A stretch of DNA of 64,000 nucleotides from Octopus sinensis (lineage: Eukaryota). Positions 24,518 to 38,055 of this stretch are shown in pieces. Every line of letters begins with the position of its first letter. Positions within the stretch are counted from its first letter, which is position 1. The notes beneath the pieces are model-generated. The model saw only the letters and a list, made by a program, of their open reading frames with translations. It was not told where the DNA came from and did no database searches. The translations under genes were made by a program, and so were the position numbers. The stretch covers positions 20,521,360 through 20,585,359 of the forward strand of contig NC_043019.1 in the NCBI RefSeq assembly GCF_006345805.1. Direction: 5' to 3'.

Positions 24518-24985
24518 AGGGGACCCTGTCAAAAGCTTTCTTCAAGTCAACAAAAGCCAACTACAGATGTTTATCTTTCGCTATGTATTTCTCCTGCTGC
24601 TGCTTTACCATAATAGCATCTTTGGTAGTATAAGTTATTTTTCCCATTGATATTGCTGCACCACTTATGTGTCCATAGCTTACATCAGGTACATTTTATG
24701 GAGTTTCTACCTACACCTTTTCTACAGATTGAGCAGGGCCGTCTACCTGAAGGGATTGGTGATTTGTCTGCCTTCCTACTTACTAAGACTGGTTTTTGCT
24801 AGATTGACTCTAAGGCCCTTCGATTCTAGACCTTGCTTCCACACCTGAAACTTATCTAGTTTTGATAGTGACTCAGCTATTAGAGCAGGGTCATCAGCAT
24901 AGAGGAGCTTCCAGGGGAATCCTGTCTTGAATTCCTCTGTTATTACCTGGAGGAGATGAATAAGAGGGGTCTGAGGACTGATCAA
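24518..24985 (-). mobile_element. Rearranged LINE reverse-transcriptase relic
   Basis: WKLLYADD, GLRVNLAKT, Cys-rich CSICRKGVGRNSIKC, AFVDLKKAFDRVP. Confidence 0.8.
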
Positions 24986-25145
24986 ATTGAAATCTGCTCA
25001 CACACTACAAAATTACTGAACATAAGCCTTCAATAACTTACACTACTCCAGGTAGGAGTAAGATTTCAATTTGTTTAGGAAGTTAAAATTTTATTAGTAT
25101 AAAGAATGAGGTTGTTTTCCAAATCATTGGCTTAATTTAAATATA

Positions 25146-26185
25146 TTGGGTCACCCCATAAATGATGTGATTTTTCCAATTGCATGAACTAAAATTCGGA
25201 TGGGAATGGGATAAACTACTTTATTTTTAGTGCAAGTTTTGAAGAATACAGTTCGATTTTAACAGTTATTTTTTTCAAAGCTATAATGGAAGTGACAAAG
25301 GAGCATATTTGGCATATTTTGCTTTGTGAGTTCAATAAAGGCAACAATGCAATGGAAAGTGTGAGGAATATTAATGCAGTATATGGGGATTGGACAATAA
25401 GTGCAAGCCTGTGTCAATGGTGGTTCCAGAAATTCCGAGCAGGAAACTACAGCCTAGACGATGAGCCTTGTCCTGGAAGATCTGTAAGAGCTTGACAAGG
25501 ATATCCTGCAAACCCTGGTGGAACAAAATCCCGTCGTAACTGAAGAACTCTCAGAGAAACTTGGATTTGGTCATTCAAGTCAGCACTATAAGAAAAACAA
25601 CCATCTTTGGTTTCAAGACGAAAGGTGATCTTCAATCAGGATAATGCTTGGCCACATACAGCGAGGATGACATTCCAAAGACTGGAGCAGTTTGAATGGG
25701 AAACAATGCCCCACCCACCATATTCGCCAGACATTGTCCCATCATTTATTCTGCAGTCTTCAAAATCATTTGGATGAAAAAATATTAATTCTGTAGATGA
25801 GGTCAGAACAGTACTGGAGGAGTATTTTTCATCATAGATAAGTGAATTTTGGAAGAAGGGCCTTGCAAGTCTACCAGAATGATGGAAGAACATTGTAGAA
25901 AATGAAGGAGAATATATTTTAGATTTAAAAAAAAAAATCATCATCATCATCGTTTAATGTCTGCTTTCCATGCTAGCATGGGTTGGATGATTTGACTGAG
26001 GTCTGGCGAACCAGATGGCTGTGCCAGGCTCCTATCTGGTTCACCAGACCTCAGTCAAATCATCCAACCCATGCTAGCATGATTTTTTTTAAAATCTAAA
26101 ATATATTCTCCTTCATTTAAAAAAAAATGTTTATCTTAATTAAAAGAAGTATAAAAAAAACCGCATTATTTATGAGATAACCCAA
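25146..26185 (+). mobile_element. mariner transposon, internally deleted copy
   Basis: TA-flanked ~30-bp TIRs; MEVTKEHIWHILL...SLDDEPCPGR, HPPYSPD; lacks about 385 bp present in the 30094 copy. Confidence 0.9.
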
Positions 26186-27842
26186 TAATTTGGCATATAC
26201 AGTTTTGATCTTTAAAGGAAAGGTTTACATCCTGCGCATATACCTTCCAACCAGTCGAAAGTGCATACTGGTGCATTTTATTGTGGCACCAGTGCTAAAG
26301 AGGTTGCTGTATTCTCGGTAAGAACCATATAAAAGAGAGAGAGAAAAGAAGAAAATGATGAAAAGCTTTATTTTATTCAGGTAAAAACACTTTATTTTTT
26401 TTGGTCAGATAACATGAAATGACAAATGAGAAAATTCTTTTTTTCTTTTCAATTTAGTAGCTTCGCAAGATGAAACCAAGGGCAGTACATACATCATCTT
26501 GTAGAACAATTAGTATTAATTAAAGATGCTGATGAGGAATTGGATAGATTTAAAACTGCTCCCACTCCCAGTTTATTTGTTTTTATAAGATTAACAATTT
26601 ATTTTAAAATAAAAAATATTGGAGGTTGGTTTTGTTGATTGAAAGTATTTTGTATTTGTCTGAGTATAGTTCAATCCATTAAGTTATTGATTAGTTACAG
26701 AACTAAGGTAATTAGTTTTATTAGAGATAAGCATTTTTGTGTTTGAACATTCCATTAATTTAGATACATTAAATAGAAATAACTATAATATAAGTAACAA
26801 AACAAAGGATTACTCAGTGGCTGATGTTTTTTTTCATTTAACTGCCAAGTACAAACAGCTTTAGGTATGCTTCAGTCGTTTTCCTGGCCTTCACAGAAAC
26901 ATACTTTTGTGTGTACTTGCAAGTGTAGTAATGAATGAATCAGTAAATAAATATACAAGAAAGCATGCTTTTTGTTGGCATCAGAAAATAGACTTCTTTA
27001 AACACTAAATAAATTTAAAATCCCATGCTATGCTATGAAAAAAAAACAATATTTAAGTTAATGATATTTAATGAGTGGAATATTAAAGAGAAAAAAAGAG
27101 AGAAAAGTTTAAGGATGAATGAATCTTTATATAAATATACAACATTGTATATTTAACAATGTCGGGAAAATATAATTGTTTAGCAATTAAATAAATCTGA
27201 TCCTAATTCAACAGTCTGACTATGTATATATTGGGTGTCATAATCAAACTGAAAGATTACTCAATACCATTCTCTAGAGAGCATCATATTTTCTTTTACA
27301 TGGAAAGGGTTGAAGCTTTGACACACACACAAATATATATATATATATATGTACTATGTGTTGAAGGAATTTTGCTGAGATTCTGGTAAAGGTAAATTAT
27401 CCCTATACCCGTTACTGAGAAATAGTACCAAATGCTTGCCCCCCACCTGCCTTTCCTCTGCTACCACCACCAAAAATACATTAATTACAAAAGACTCTCC
27501 ACTGAGACCTTCCTCTGACCCCTGAGTGTTTATTGTATTTTTAATTGGTAAAAGTTACAAAGTGACTCCAAGTGCCAAGAGTTTTGTGCACAGCACTTAT
27601 ATATTTAGCCTGTTACCAAACATTTACATATATATATATTCTTTTATTTGCTTCAGTCATTTGACTGTGGCCATGCTGGAGCATCACCTTAAAGGGTATT
27701 AGTTGAAAAATATCAACCCCAGTACTTGTTTGTAAGCCTGGTACTTATTCTATTGGTTTCTTTTGCTCAACCACTAAGTTACGGAGGCATAAACTCACCA
27801 GCATTGGCTATCAAGTGATGGTGGGGGGACAAATACAGACAC

Positions 27843-27878
<36 letters not shown>

Positions 27879-28055
27879 CAGGCTTCTTCCAGCTTCTGTC
27901 AACCAAATCCACTCACAAGGCTATGGTTAACCCGAGGCTATAGTAGAAGACACTTGGCCAAGGTGTCACACAGTGGGACTAAACTTGGAATCAAGCGGTT
28001 GGGAAGCAAGCTTCTTACTACACAGCCACTCCTACATATATATATATATATATAT

Positions 28056-28101
<46 letters not shown>

Positions 28102-30093
28102 GTATATATATCTATATGTATATATATGTATAGTATTAGTGCACTGTTTATATGAGTGCATGAAAGCTAAAACAATGAAGTTAAATGCATAAGACTCCAA
28201 AATTTTACAATCCTTATTGAAAATATATATGGTCTCTTTTAATAAGAGCAAATAAGCAGATTATCTTTCCAAATATTTGGAGGCAGCTGCCATTTTCTTT
28301 TCCCCCCATGCCAAAACATTTAATTTAATCAAAATTTAATTTCTGAACTGAGCTGAGATTCAGGCAAGTTTCTGTTGAGATTGATTTCTGAATGTGTTGG
28401 GTGGGGAGGGAGGGAGGGAGAGAGAGAGAATATGATGATGTCTATATTCTTGATTAATATCAACAAAACAAATTTTTAACAAAACTGGTTTGTAAAGAAC
28501 CAGTTAAAAAATAAAACAAAAAGGTAAAATAAATTCTTAAATAATATGTAAGTAACCCTTTCATTACCGACCTGGCTGAAACCGGCTCTGGCTCTTTAGT
28601 ACAAATGTCTGGTTTTCAAAAGTTCTGAATTAAGATCTTCCACCAAACCTTAGCCACAGTTTATGTTCCTAAAACTAGCTTAATTATAACGATGTTATTT
28701 TACTAAATTCTTTGTTATATTAAAAATAATTGGAAGAAACACAGAGCATCTGAAAATAAATACAGTAACGAAAGGGTTAAAAGCTTCATTAAAAAAAAAA
28801 AAGATTAAGTTGTTCCTTATTCTTTCTTATTTGATGGTAAAAAATCTGTGAATAATTCACTCCTGTCTTTAAGAGATTGGGATGGGAGTCACTGTAAATT
28901 TGTTAGGGTTTAATTTACATAATGGTGAATAGCTTGACTCTAGTTACAACACCACCCAATAGATTGTCGATAAATTTGTCCTCATGCCGAAAACATATCT
29001 GGTGAAACTGTCATGCTTTTATCCACAGTAAAATATTAAATTTGCTAAACATTATTTTAAAAAGATTGTATCTACTGCAAAATTCACATTTAGTCAACAG
29101 TAAAAAAAAAAAATAAACTCAAAGAGCAAAAGCTCTTCGTGTCACTAAGTGAATGGTAAAAGACAGCATTGAGGGAATCCAATGAATTTGCCAATAAATA
29201 TCAATATCTTGAAATACTGGATTCTTTAACAGGAGTGTCTGAGAGAGACAAACAGGACCTCTGTAACAGACTTGGAGAGAAGTCACTGAAAAAGTTGCAA
29301 ATAGTAACAAGAACTTTGACAAAAAAAAAAGTTTGAGTGTTAACTAACAAGTCAAACAAATGATCAATTAGTTAACTGGATAGATATTTAACTAATTGAT
29401 TAATAATTAAGGAGTGGAATTGAACCAATGTTCAATTTAATATTGGCATAATGACTATTTTCTGTTCATTTTATTTATTTTATTACTAGTAGGACCTGAG
29501 AATATTTCATGGAATTAATTGTAAACCTATTGGGTTATTTCTGAAAACTTTATCCAAAAAATCTGAAAGCGTAGCCTGTGTTGTGTCTGTATCAAAAGAT
29601 ATTCACTAATTTGCTAATCACTGAAAAGTGAATGAAATTGGAATATGATGATTACTTAATGCACTTTATATACTTTGTGCACACTTTTAAGGACTAAATT
29701 ATACAGCACTCTCCCTCTTTCATTCTTCACATTACCCTCTTTTTCTCTCTTTGCCTTTCTCTTCAACTAGTCATGTGAAAGTGTTACAGACAGGCTAAGT
29801 AACAGAAGAAAAAAACTTAGTTAAAAAAAAGAAATTACACATTTCACTCACCGTCACCTCCTGCTCTGCATCCTCCTCTCCCTTTCCCCTTCAACTAATC
29901 ACATGAAATTGTTACAGACAAGCTAAGTGATGAAGGAAAAAGCATAATTATTATTATAAGATTCTTTTTGCAGTTCTGTTTCCAAGTAAGTTTAACTTCT
30001 CTATTCATGACAAAAACATGTTTATTAGCATATCTACTCATATAATGAGCCCTGTTATTTGTTCTATCAAACATACATACACATATATATATT

Positions 30094-31379
30094 TTGGGTT
30101 ATCCCATAAATAATGTGGTTTTTTTCAATTGCATGAACTAAAAGTCAGAGGGGGATGGGATAAACTACCTGCATCAACTTACTATAAAAGCAGGTAGTAA
30201 TTTTACCTCGTCCTTATTCTTAGTACAAGTTTTGAAGAGTGCAGTTCGATTTTAGCAGTTATTTTTTCAAATCTATAATAGAAGTAACAAAGGAGCACAT
30301 TCGGCATATTTTGCTTTATGAGTTCAATAAAGGCAACAATGTAACAGAAAGTGCAAGAAATATTAATGCAGTGTATGGGGATCAGAAATAAGTGCAAGTT
30401 GGTGTCAACAGTGGTTCCAGAAATTTCAAACTGGAAACTACAGCCTAGAAGATGAACCTCATCCTGGAAGATCTGTAGATCTTGATGAGGCTGTCCTGCA
30501 AACCCTGGTGGAACAAAATTCCATTGTAACTGTTGAGGAACTGACAGAGAAGCTTGGATTTGTCCATTCAACCATTCATCAACATCTGATGCCATTAGAA
30601 AAGTCAGAAAATTGGGTCAATGGGTTCCTCACAAACTTTCTGAGTCTAATCGCATGCAGAGAGTGAATGTGTGCTCTTCTTCATTGTCATGTCTCACGAA
30701 TGAACCTTTTTTGGACCGAATAGTGACTGGTGATGAGAAATGGGTTCTCCATAAAAATGTCAAGTGCCACAGATAGTGGGTGGCAAAAGGAGAAACACAG
30801 GCACCCCAGGCTAAAGAAGGTCTTCATCCATGTAAGGTGATGTTATCTGTTTGATGGGATATGAAAGGTTTAGTCCACTTTGAACTTTTATACCCAAACC
30901 AAACGATAACAAAGGGGATCTACTGCAAGCAGCTTGAGTGGCTTAAGTCAGCACTAGAAGAAAAATGACCATCTTTGGTTTCAAGATGAAAGGTGTTCTT
31001 CCATCAGGAAAATGTTCAGCCACTTATAGCGATGATGCATTCCAAAGGATGGAGCAGTTTGAATGGGAAACGATGCCCCACCCATTTATTTGCAGGACAT
31101 TGCCTAATCTGATTATCATTTATTCTGTAGTCTTCAAAATTATGTGGTATGAAAAAAATATGAATTCTGTAGATGAGGTCAGAATAGTACTGGAGAAGTA
31201 TTCTTCATCACAGATAAGTGAATTTTGGAAGAGAGGCCTTGCAAGTCTACCAGATAAATGGAAGAGTATTGTAGAAAATGAAGGAGAGTATATTTTAGAT
31301 TAAAAAAGAACTTTGTTTATCTTACTTTTGAAAGATAAAAGAAGAATAAAAAAAACGCATTATTTATGGGATGATCCAT
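30094..31379 (+). mobile_element. Full-length (~1.29 kb) decayed mariner, mellifera-subfamily-like
   Basis: TIRs ttgggttatcccataaataatg / cattatttatgggatgatcca; WVPHKL, IVTGDEKW, HPCKVMLSV; stops and frameshifts. Confidence 0.92.
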
Positions 31380-31567
31380 TATATATGTGAGTGTGTGTTG
31401 GTATATCTATTACTTGTTTCAGTCATTGGACTGCGGCAATGCTGGAGAACTGGCTTAAAGGGTTTTCTTACTCAAACGAATTGACTCCAATACTCATGCT
31501 TATTGCTCACTTAACAACCATTCTACTTTAATCTAATGCTGTTTATATATATATATATATACATATA

Positions 31568-31947
31568 CACTACCGTCAGAAATTAATTAGCACCCTTGAT
31601 TTGCTCTTCACTCAAGGTATGTGCTGTCACCTAGTGGCCATATCTCGAACTATTGCTTTGTTGCGAGTTCACTGTTGCGCAGAACGATGACGTAACTTTG
31701 TTTGCAGAGCAGTTTGAGAGTCTACAGCCTTATGATGTTGACATAGCAGTGCAACAACAACTTGGAGTGCGGATGCAGACAAATCTTCCTTTGTTTAATA
31801 GATATAGGTAGCGCCTCGCAAGGACCGAAATCACACCATACTAAATTTTCTCATCGCGTAAGACGTTTTGAACAGCTCATAGGTTAATTGATTTAACCTA
31901 TTTAATGTAGAAATTTGAGAAGTGCTAATTAATTTCTGACGCAAGTG
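31568..31947. mobile_element. Tc1/mariner-type MITE just downstream of the GPD2 stop codon
   Basis: TA-CACTACCGTCAGAAATTAATTAGCAC...GTGCTAATTAATTTCTGACGCAAGTG-TA. Confidence 0.85.
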
Positions 31948-32412
31948 TATATATATATATATATATATGCTGTTATGTAAGATGTGCTGCATCTATAACA
32001 TTAAGTAGATCAATAATTGGTATGTTAAGACTTGTATGTCCAACATATATATGCGAAAAGGGAGAGGAAGCTTCTGAATTTCTTGTTCATTGTTAATATG
32101 CGATATATCTATTGAGCATGTGGAAACTTTAATGTTTGGCAATTCTGTTTTTTTCTCTGTGGATAAAAAAAAAGCATACCCACCCCCCAAAAAATAATCA
32201 CTTACCAACAATGTGTTAAGCATGACAATGAATTTACCAATAATGGTCAGGCATGCGATGATGAATTTATCTGACTCCCAAATGAGATTCCAAGAGGTTA
32301 TCTCTGTTTCACTAATATCAAGACATAAAATAAATCATTACATAATTCTAAAGTGTGCAAACGGATTTAATTCCCATTTGGTTAAAATAAAAGAAAAAAG
32401 ATGGAAAAACGC

Positions 32413-32523
32413 CTAGACACCACCACCACTGCGTTCAACAGGTATCACAGCACTCTCTTTAGCACGTACAGCATATGCAAATCGGCTGTTAGAAATGGCA
32501 CCAGTCTTTAGTGCACTCATCAT
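32413..32523 (-). CDS. GPD2: GPD2 last coding exon ([14 protein letters not shown]...[10 protein letters not shown])
   Basis: tccag| acceptor; TAG stop; conserved GPD2 C-terminus. Confidence 0.95.
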   Translation of the reverse strand: MMSALKTGAISNSRFAYAVRAKESAVIPVERSGGGV

Positions 32524-33467
32524 CTGGAAAGACAGAAAGAGATAAATCAACTTAGATTATACTGTTCTTCAGTGAGAAATTTTACTCTCTCTCTCTCATA
32601 CACACACATATATATATACACACACAGGCATAGCTTCCCAACCACATGGTTTCAGGTTCTGTCTTACAGTGTAGCCCCTTAAGCAAGTGTCTTCTACACT
32701 AGTCCTAGGCTAACCAAGGTCTTGTTAGTAGATTTGATCGATGGAAACTGAAAGAAAACTGATATATGTATGTGTGTGTATGTAGGTATATCTATATTAA
32801 TAAAAGCGACATTCTGTCTGTCTGGGACCCCTGTATCTCAGCCTATATTTGCTCTATACAGACATATTATACCTTTTTGGAATCAGGATGATCTCGGGAT
32901 TGAAAATATGCCCTTCAGTTGGTTCTTGCACATCCAGCATTGGGATCTGATTTAAAAGCATTTGGGGTTGCTATTTCTAGCACATAAAGCAACCATGAGA
33001 GGTACAAGAGTTACCTCCCTTAGCTTTAAGTTTTACTAAGGAATTTAGTGGTTCTTTTATCGTTTTCAGTCATTAGACTTCGGCCGTGCTGGGACACCGC
33101 CTTGAATTTTAATTGAACAAATCGACACCAGTTCTTTCTTTTTTTATGCCTGGTACTTTCTTATTGGCCTCTTTTGAACTGCTAAGTTACATGAACATAG
33201 ACACAGCAACACCAGTTGTCAAGCAGTGGTGGGGGATGAACACAAAGTCACAATACACACACATCTTCTATTCAAATTTTAAAAGAACTCCAAAAATTTG
33301 TGAAGTTACAAGTTTTTCCTTTAAACTGAATTTAAAGTAATACCGCATTAGTGGGGTACCAATAAATGCTTTATTATTATTGCTGTCTTTGGTTTTGGGC
33401 CACAAGCCCAATTAGCCCTCTACAGGAGCCAGCTTAAAAGTCCACATGGAGTGCAGCTTTTAAACTA

Positions 33468-33509
<42 letters not shown>

Positions 33510-34671
33510 TATATTGTTCGTAATATTTTATCTCGTTCGGCTTAACAGCCCTTCTTGTCTGTGTTACTGTTATTCTCCTTATCCTGTCTTTTACTGTTTA
33601 TATTTTGTACTGTCGTTACTGTCCTGTTTTTGTTACCATTTTTACCCCTCCACAAAAAAATCTCAAATAATATTTCATTTGCTTTTCGCGGGAAGGAATG
33701 TTTCATTAAAGTCGTGTCTCGCCTTGACATTCGAAACACAGAGTAGATGAAACAAAGGCGACTGAAGAAGGGGAATTTTCCTTGTATTGTATGTCCTGTA
33801 CTCTATTTTTTCGTTGTTTAAGAAACATGTCCATTTCCTTGGTTTTGTGTTTATGTTTTCGTTTCTCATTGTATTCGACGTTTTTTTGGTGTCCTGTACC
33901 CATATATACATGTAGAGGTAGGTACGTACATATATGTATGTATATATGCATATGTTTTATTTTATTTATTAATTTATTATAAAGCACCCACTACACTCAC
34001 GGAGTGGTTGGCGTTAGGAAGGGCATCCAGCTGTAGAAACACTGCCAGATCAGACTGGAGCCTGGTACAGCCTCCTGGCTTCCCAAATCCCCGGTCGAAC
34101 CGTCCAACCCATGCTAGCATGGAGAACGGACGTTAAACGATGATATATATATATATATATATATATATGTTTCTAAATATGTGTGTATGTATTAACATCA
34201 TTATGTGAGTGGATTTGGGAGACAAAATCTAAAAGAAGACACTGTGTGTGTACCTTGTCTTGACATTATGTGATGGTTGCTCATTTCCTGCAAAATTTAC
34301 AAACAAAAATTTCAAGGTTTCAAATACATTGGAGTAAAAAAAAAAAAAAATTACCTGCAGGAATTCTCCCATGTCAACTTGTGCGTTTTTATTCAGATCA
34401 ACTTCTTGCAAAATTTGGTGGAGATGGTCCTCGCTAACAATTTGGTTACTTTTCTGTGAGAAACAAGAAATGTTTATCCGCAAGTTAGAAATATTATCAT
34501 TGTTTGTCTTTTACTGAAATAAATGATAATTATAATTATATATATATATATGTATAAAAAATACAAACTGGGACAAGAACACAAAACATTTTGATGACGA
34601 CACAAAAAACACGGACGGGACATTCGAAGCCTTCAATCTTCAGTCAAGAACCGGATATACACATACATGTA

Positions 34672-34702
<31 letters not shown>

Positions 34703-34706
34703 CATG

Positions 34707-34738
<32 letters not shown>

Positions 34739-35869
34739 TTCGTTTTGCAAGATTTTTGATGTGAAATCGTGTATTGAAACAGATATTGTTGTATTTAGGA
34801 ATGGTCATTTTGCCTGATGAGGTCACAGGAGTGTGACGAAAGAACTCTGACCAAAATAAGATTAAGATTAATGTAAAAAATAAATAACGCTGAAGTAAAA
34901 TAACACCAAATATATAGTGCGAGTGTTATTGACTAAACTGGCAAAATGACCATTCCTAAATACAACAATATATATATATATATATATACATGTGGAGGCG
35001 CAGTGGTTAGGGCAGCAGACTCGCGGTTTCGATTCCAAAAAACCAGGCATTGTGAGTGTTTATTGAGTAAAAACACCTAAAGCTCCACGAGGCTCCGGCA
35101 GGGGGTGGTGGCGATCCCTGTTGTACTCTTTCGCCACAACTTTCTCTCACTCTTTTTTCTGTTGGCCTGCTCCCTTAGCCAGCGGGGTGGCGTCATTTGA
35201 AGGCTAAAACAATGCGAGGCGCATTGTGACCAGTGATGTGTAGCAACATCTGATAGCCTGGTCGATCACGGTGATATATATATATATATATACATACATG
35301 TATATATAGCTGACATCACTAAAGAATAATTGCAGTTTTTATCAGAAATATTTCCCTGTTTCCAATTTAACCATTCTAACAACAACCACTAAAATAGTAT
35401 CTTGCTCTACTAATTTATTATGGCTACATTTGAACAGAGATATTTACCAGGTTCCTGTACCCATTCATCACTACCATCATACCCACCACCAACCATCATC
35501 ATCATGTTTATGTCTGTATTTCGACGCTTGCATAGTTTGGATGAACCTTCTCCAACACAGCCTCTTACCATTTTCCTAGTTCCTTTGTCATTTCCTTCCT
35601 GAGATCAGTTTTCACCTCTCCAAATTAAGAAGCAACTCAGATCATGACAACACCTCCAACCCATGACAACATGGAAAACGTATGTAAAAACATTGATGAT
35701 GATGATGACCATTTAATTTTTTTTTACCATAGCAATTTAAATACCAATAACTACTTCTCACTCAATCTTTGGTAAACATGGTTGGTTAAAGTGTTTATTT
35801 TGTTCAGTCAACTTGGCCATATAATACACACACACATAAATACATTCATTCTAAATTTTAAAAAATCAC

Positions 35870-35910
<41 letters not shown>

Positions 35911-37201
35911 ATCCAAACAAGAAAGCACAAAAAAACACAACAACGCGAGGACGTGGAACAAATATAGTATTATTGGACGCTCAGGAAAGAAGGAGGGTTT
36001 AACGTTTCGAGCGGAGCTCTTCGTCGGAAACATAGGAGAAGGGAAGACAGAGGGAAAAAAAATTGCCAATGGTACACACGCGGTAAGTTCAGACACAAAG
36101 AAAAGCGCATATGCATATACACATATGTAAATGTATGCACAGACACATACATACATGTGTATATATACACAAGTGATAAAAGCAGCAACAAACGAAAAAC
36201 CAAAACAGAAAACCAGGTTTTGTGACTGGAGAAAAGCAAAGTGCGATTGTATTTAAGTTCAGATTACAGTGAGAGCTTAATATCAAAAGAGAGGTTGTCA
36301 ATATGAAGTGAAACAGTCTGGCACAGCTGAGTGGACATTCAGCTTGTTTTGGTACTGGAGGTAAGCACATTGGCATATACATACATATATATATATAATC
36401 AAAATAAGCAACAAGTATATCCGAGGTAGAGCAGTACAATTGTTTCATGCTACTTCATTTTATTAAACAATGAAGTAGCATGAAACGATTGTACTGCTCT
36501 ACCTTGGATATCCTTGTTGCTTATTTTGATTATAATCACCCCATTTGATTTATATGGATAATACCATACAAAATTCTGGTGCCTTTCACTTAAGTACCAT
36601 ATTCATCTGAATCTAAATTTTGCTGATCTTATATATATACACATACATATATATATATATACTATATATATATATATACACACACATATATATAATATAC
36701 ACACACATATATACACACATATATATATATACTATATATATACACACATATATATATATATATCACACCACATATATTATACACACACATATATACACAC
36801 ACAATATATATATATATACACACACATATATATATATATACACACACATATATATATATATACACACACATATATATATATATAACACACATATATATAT
36901 ATATATAACACACATATATATATATACACACACACACATATATATATATATATACACACACATATATATATATATATACACACCACATATATATATATAT
37001 ATTATACACCACACATATATTATATATATATATACACACACAATATATATATATACACACACACACATATATATATATACACACATATATACACACACAA
37101 TATATATATACACACACACAATATATATATACACACACACAATATATATACACACAACATATATATATATACACACATATATATATATATTATATACACA
37201 C

Positions 37202-37232
<31 letters not shown>

Positions 37233-37276
37233 TATATATATACACACACATATATATATATATATATATACCACAC

Positions 37277-37307
<31 letters not shown>

Positions 37308-37318
37308 TATATATATAT

Positions 37319-37349
<31 letters not shown>

Positions 37350-37621
37350 CACACAATAGATATATATATATATATATATTATACACACACACATATATAT
37401 ATATAATATACACACACACATATATATATATATATATACACACACATATATATATATATATATACACACACATATATATATATATATACACACACATATA
37501 TATATATATATACACACACATATATATATATATATACACACACATATATATATATATACACACACATATATATATATATATACACACACCACATATATAT
37601 ATATTATATATATATACACAC

Positions 37622-37678
<57 letters not shown>

Positions 37679-37697
37679 TATATATATATATACACAC

Positions 37698-37728
<31 letters not shown>

Positions 37729-37746
37729 TATATATATATACACACC

Positions 37747-37785
<39 letters not shown>

Positions 37786-37887
37786 ATATATATATATACC
37801 ACACATATATATATATATACACACACACATATATATATATATACACACATATATATATATACACACATATATATATATATATATTAT

Positions 37888-37918
<31 letters not shown>

Positions 37919-38020
37919 CACCACATATATATATATATATATATACACACATAATATATATATATATACACACACATATATATATATATATACACACATA
38001 TATATATATATATACACACC

Positions 38021-38055
<35 letters not shown>

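Noticed and set aside
23991-32412. Poly(A) sites or overlapping 3' UTRs of the convergent genes
   Set aside because: Many AATAAA/TTTATT hexamers occur in AT-rich DNA; they cannot be assigned without transcript data
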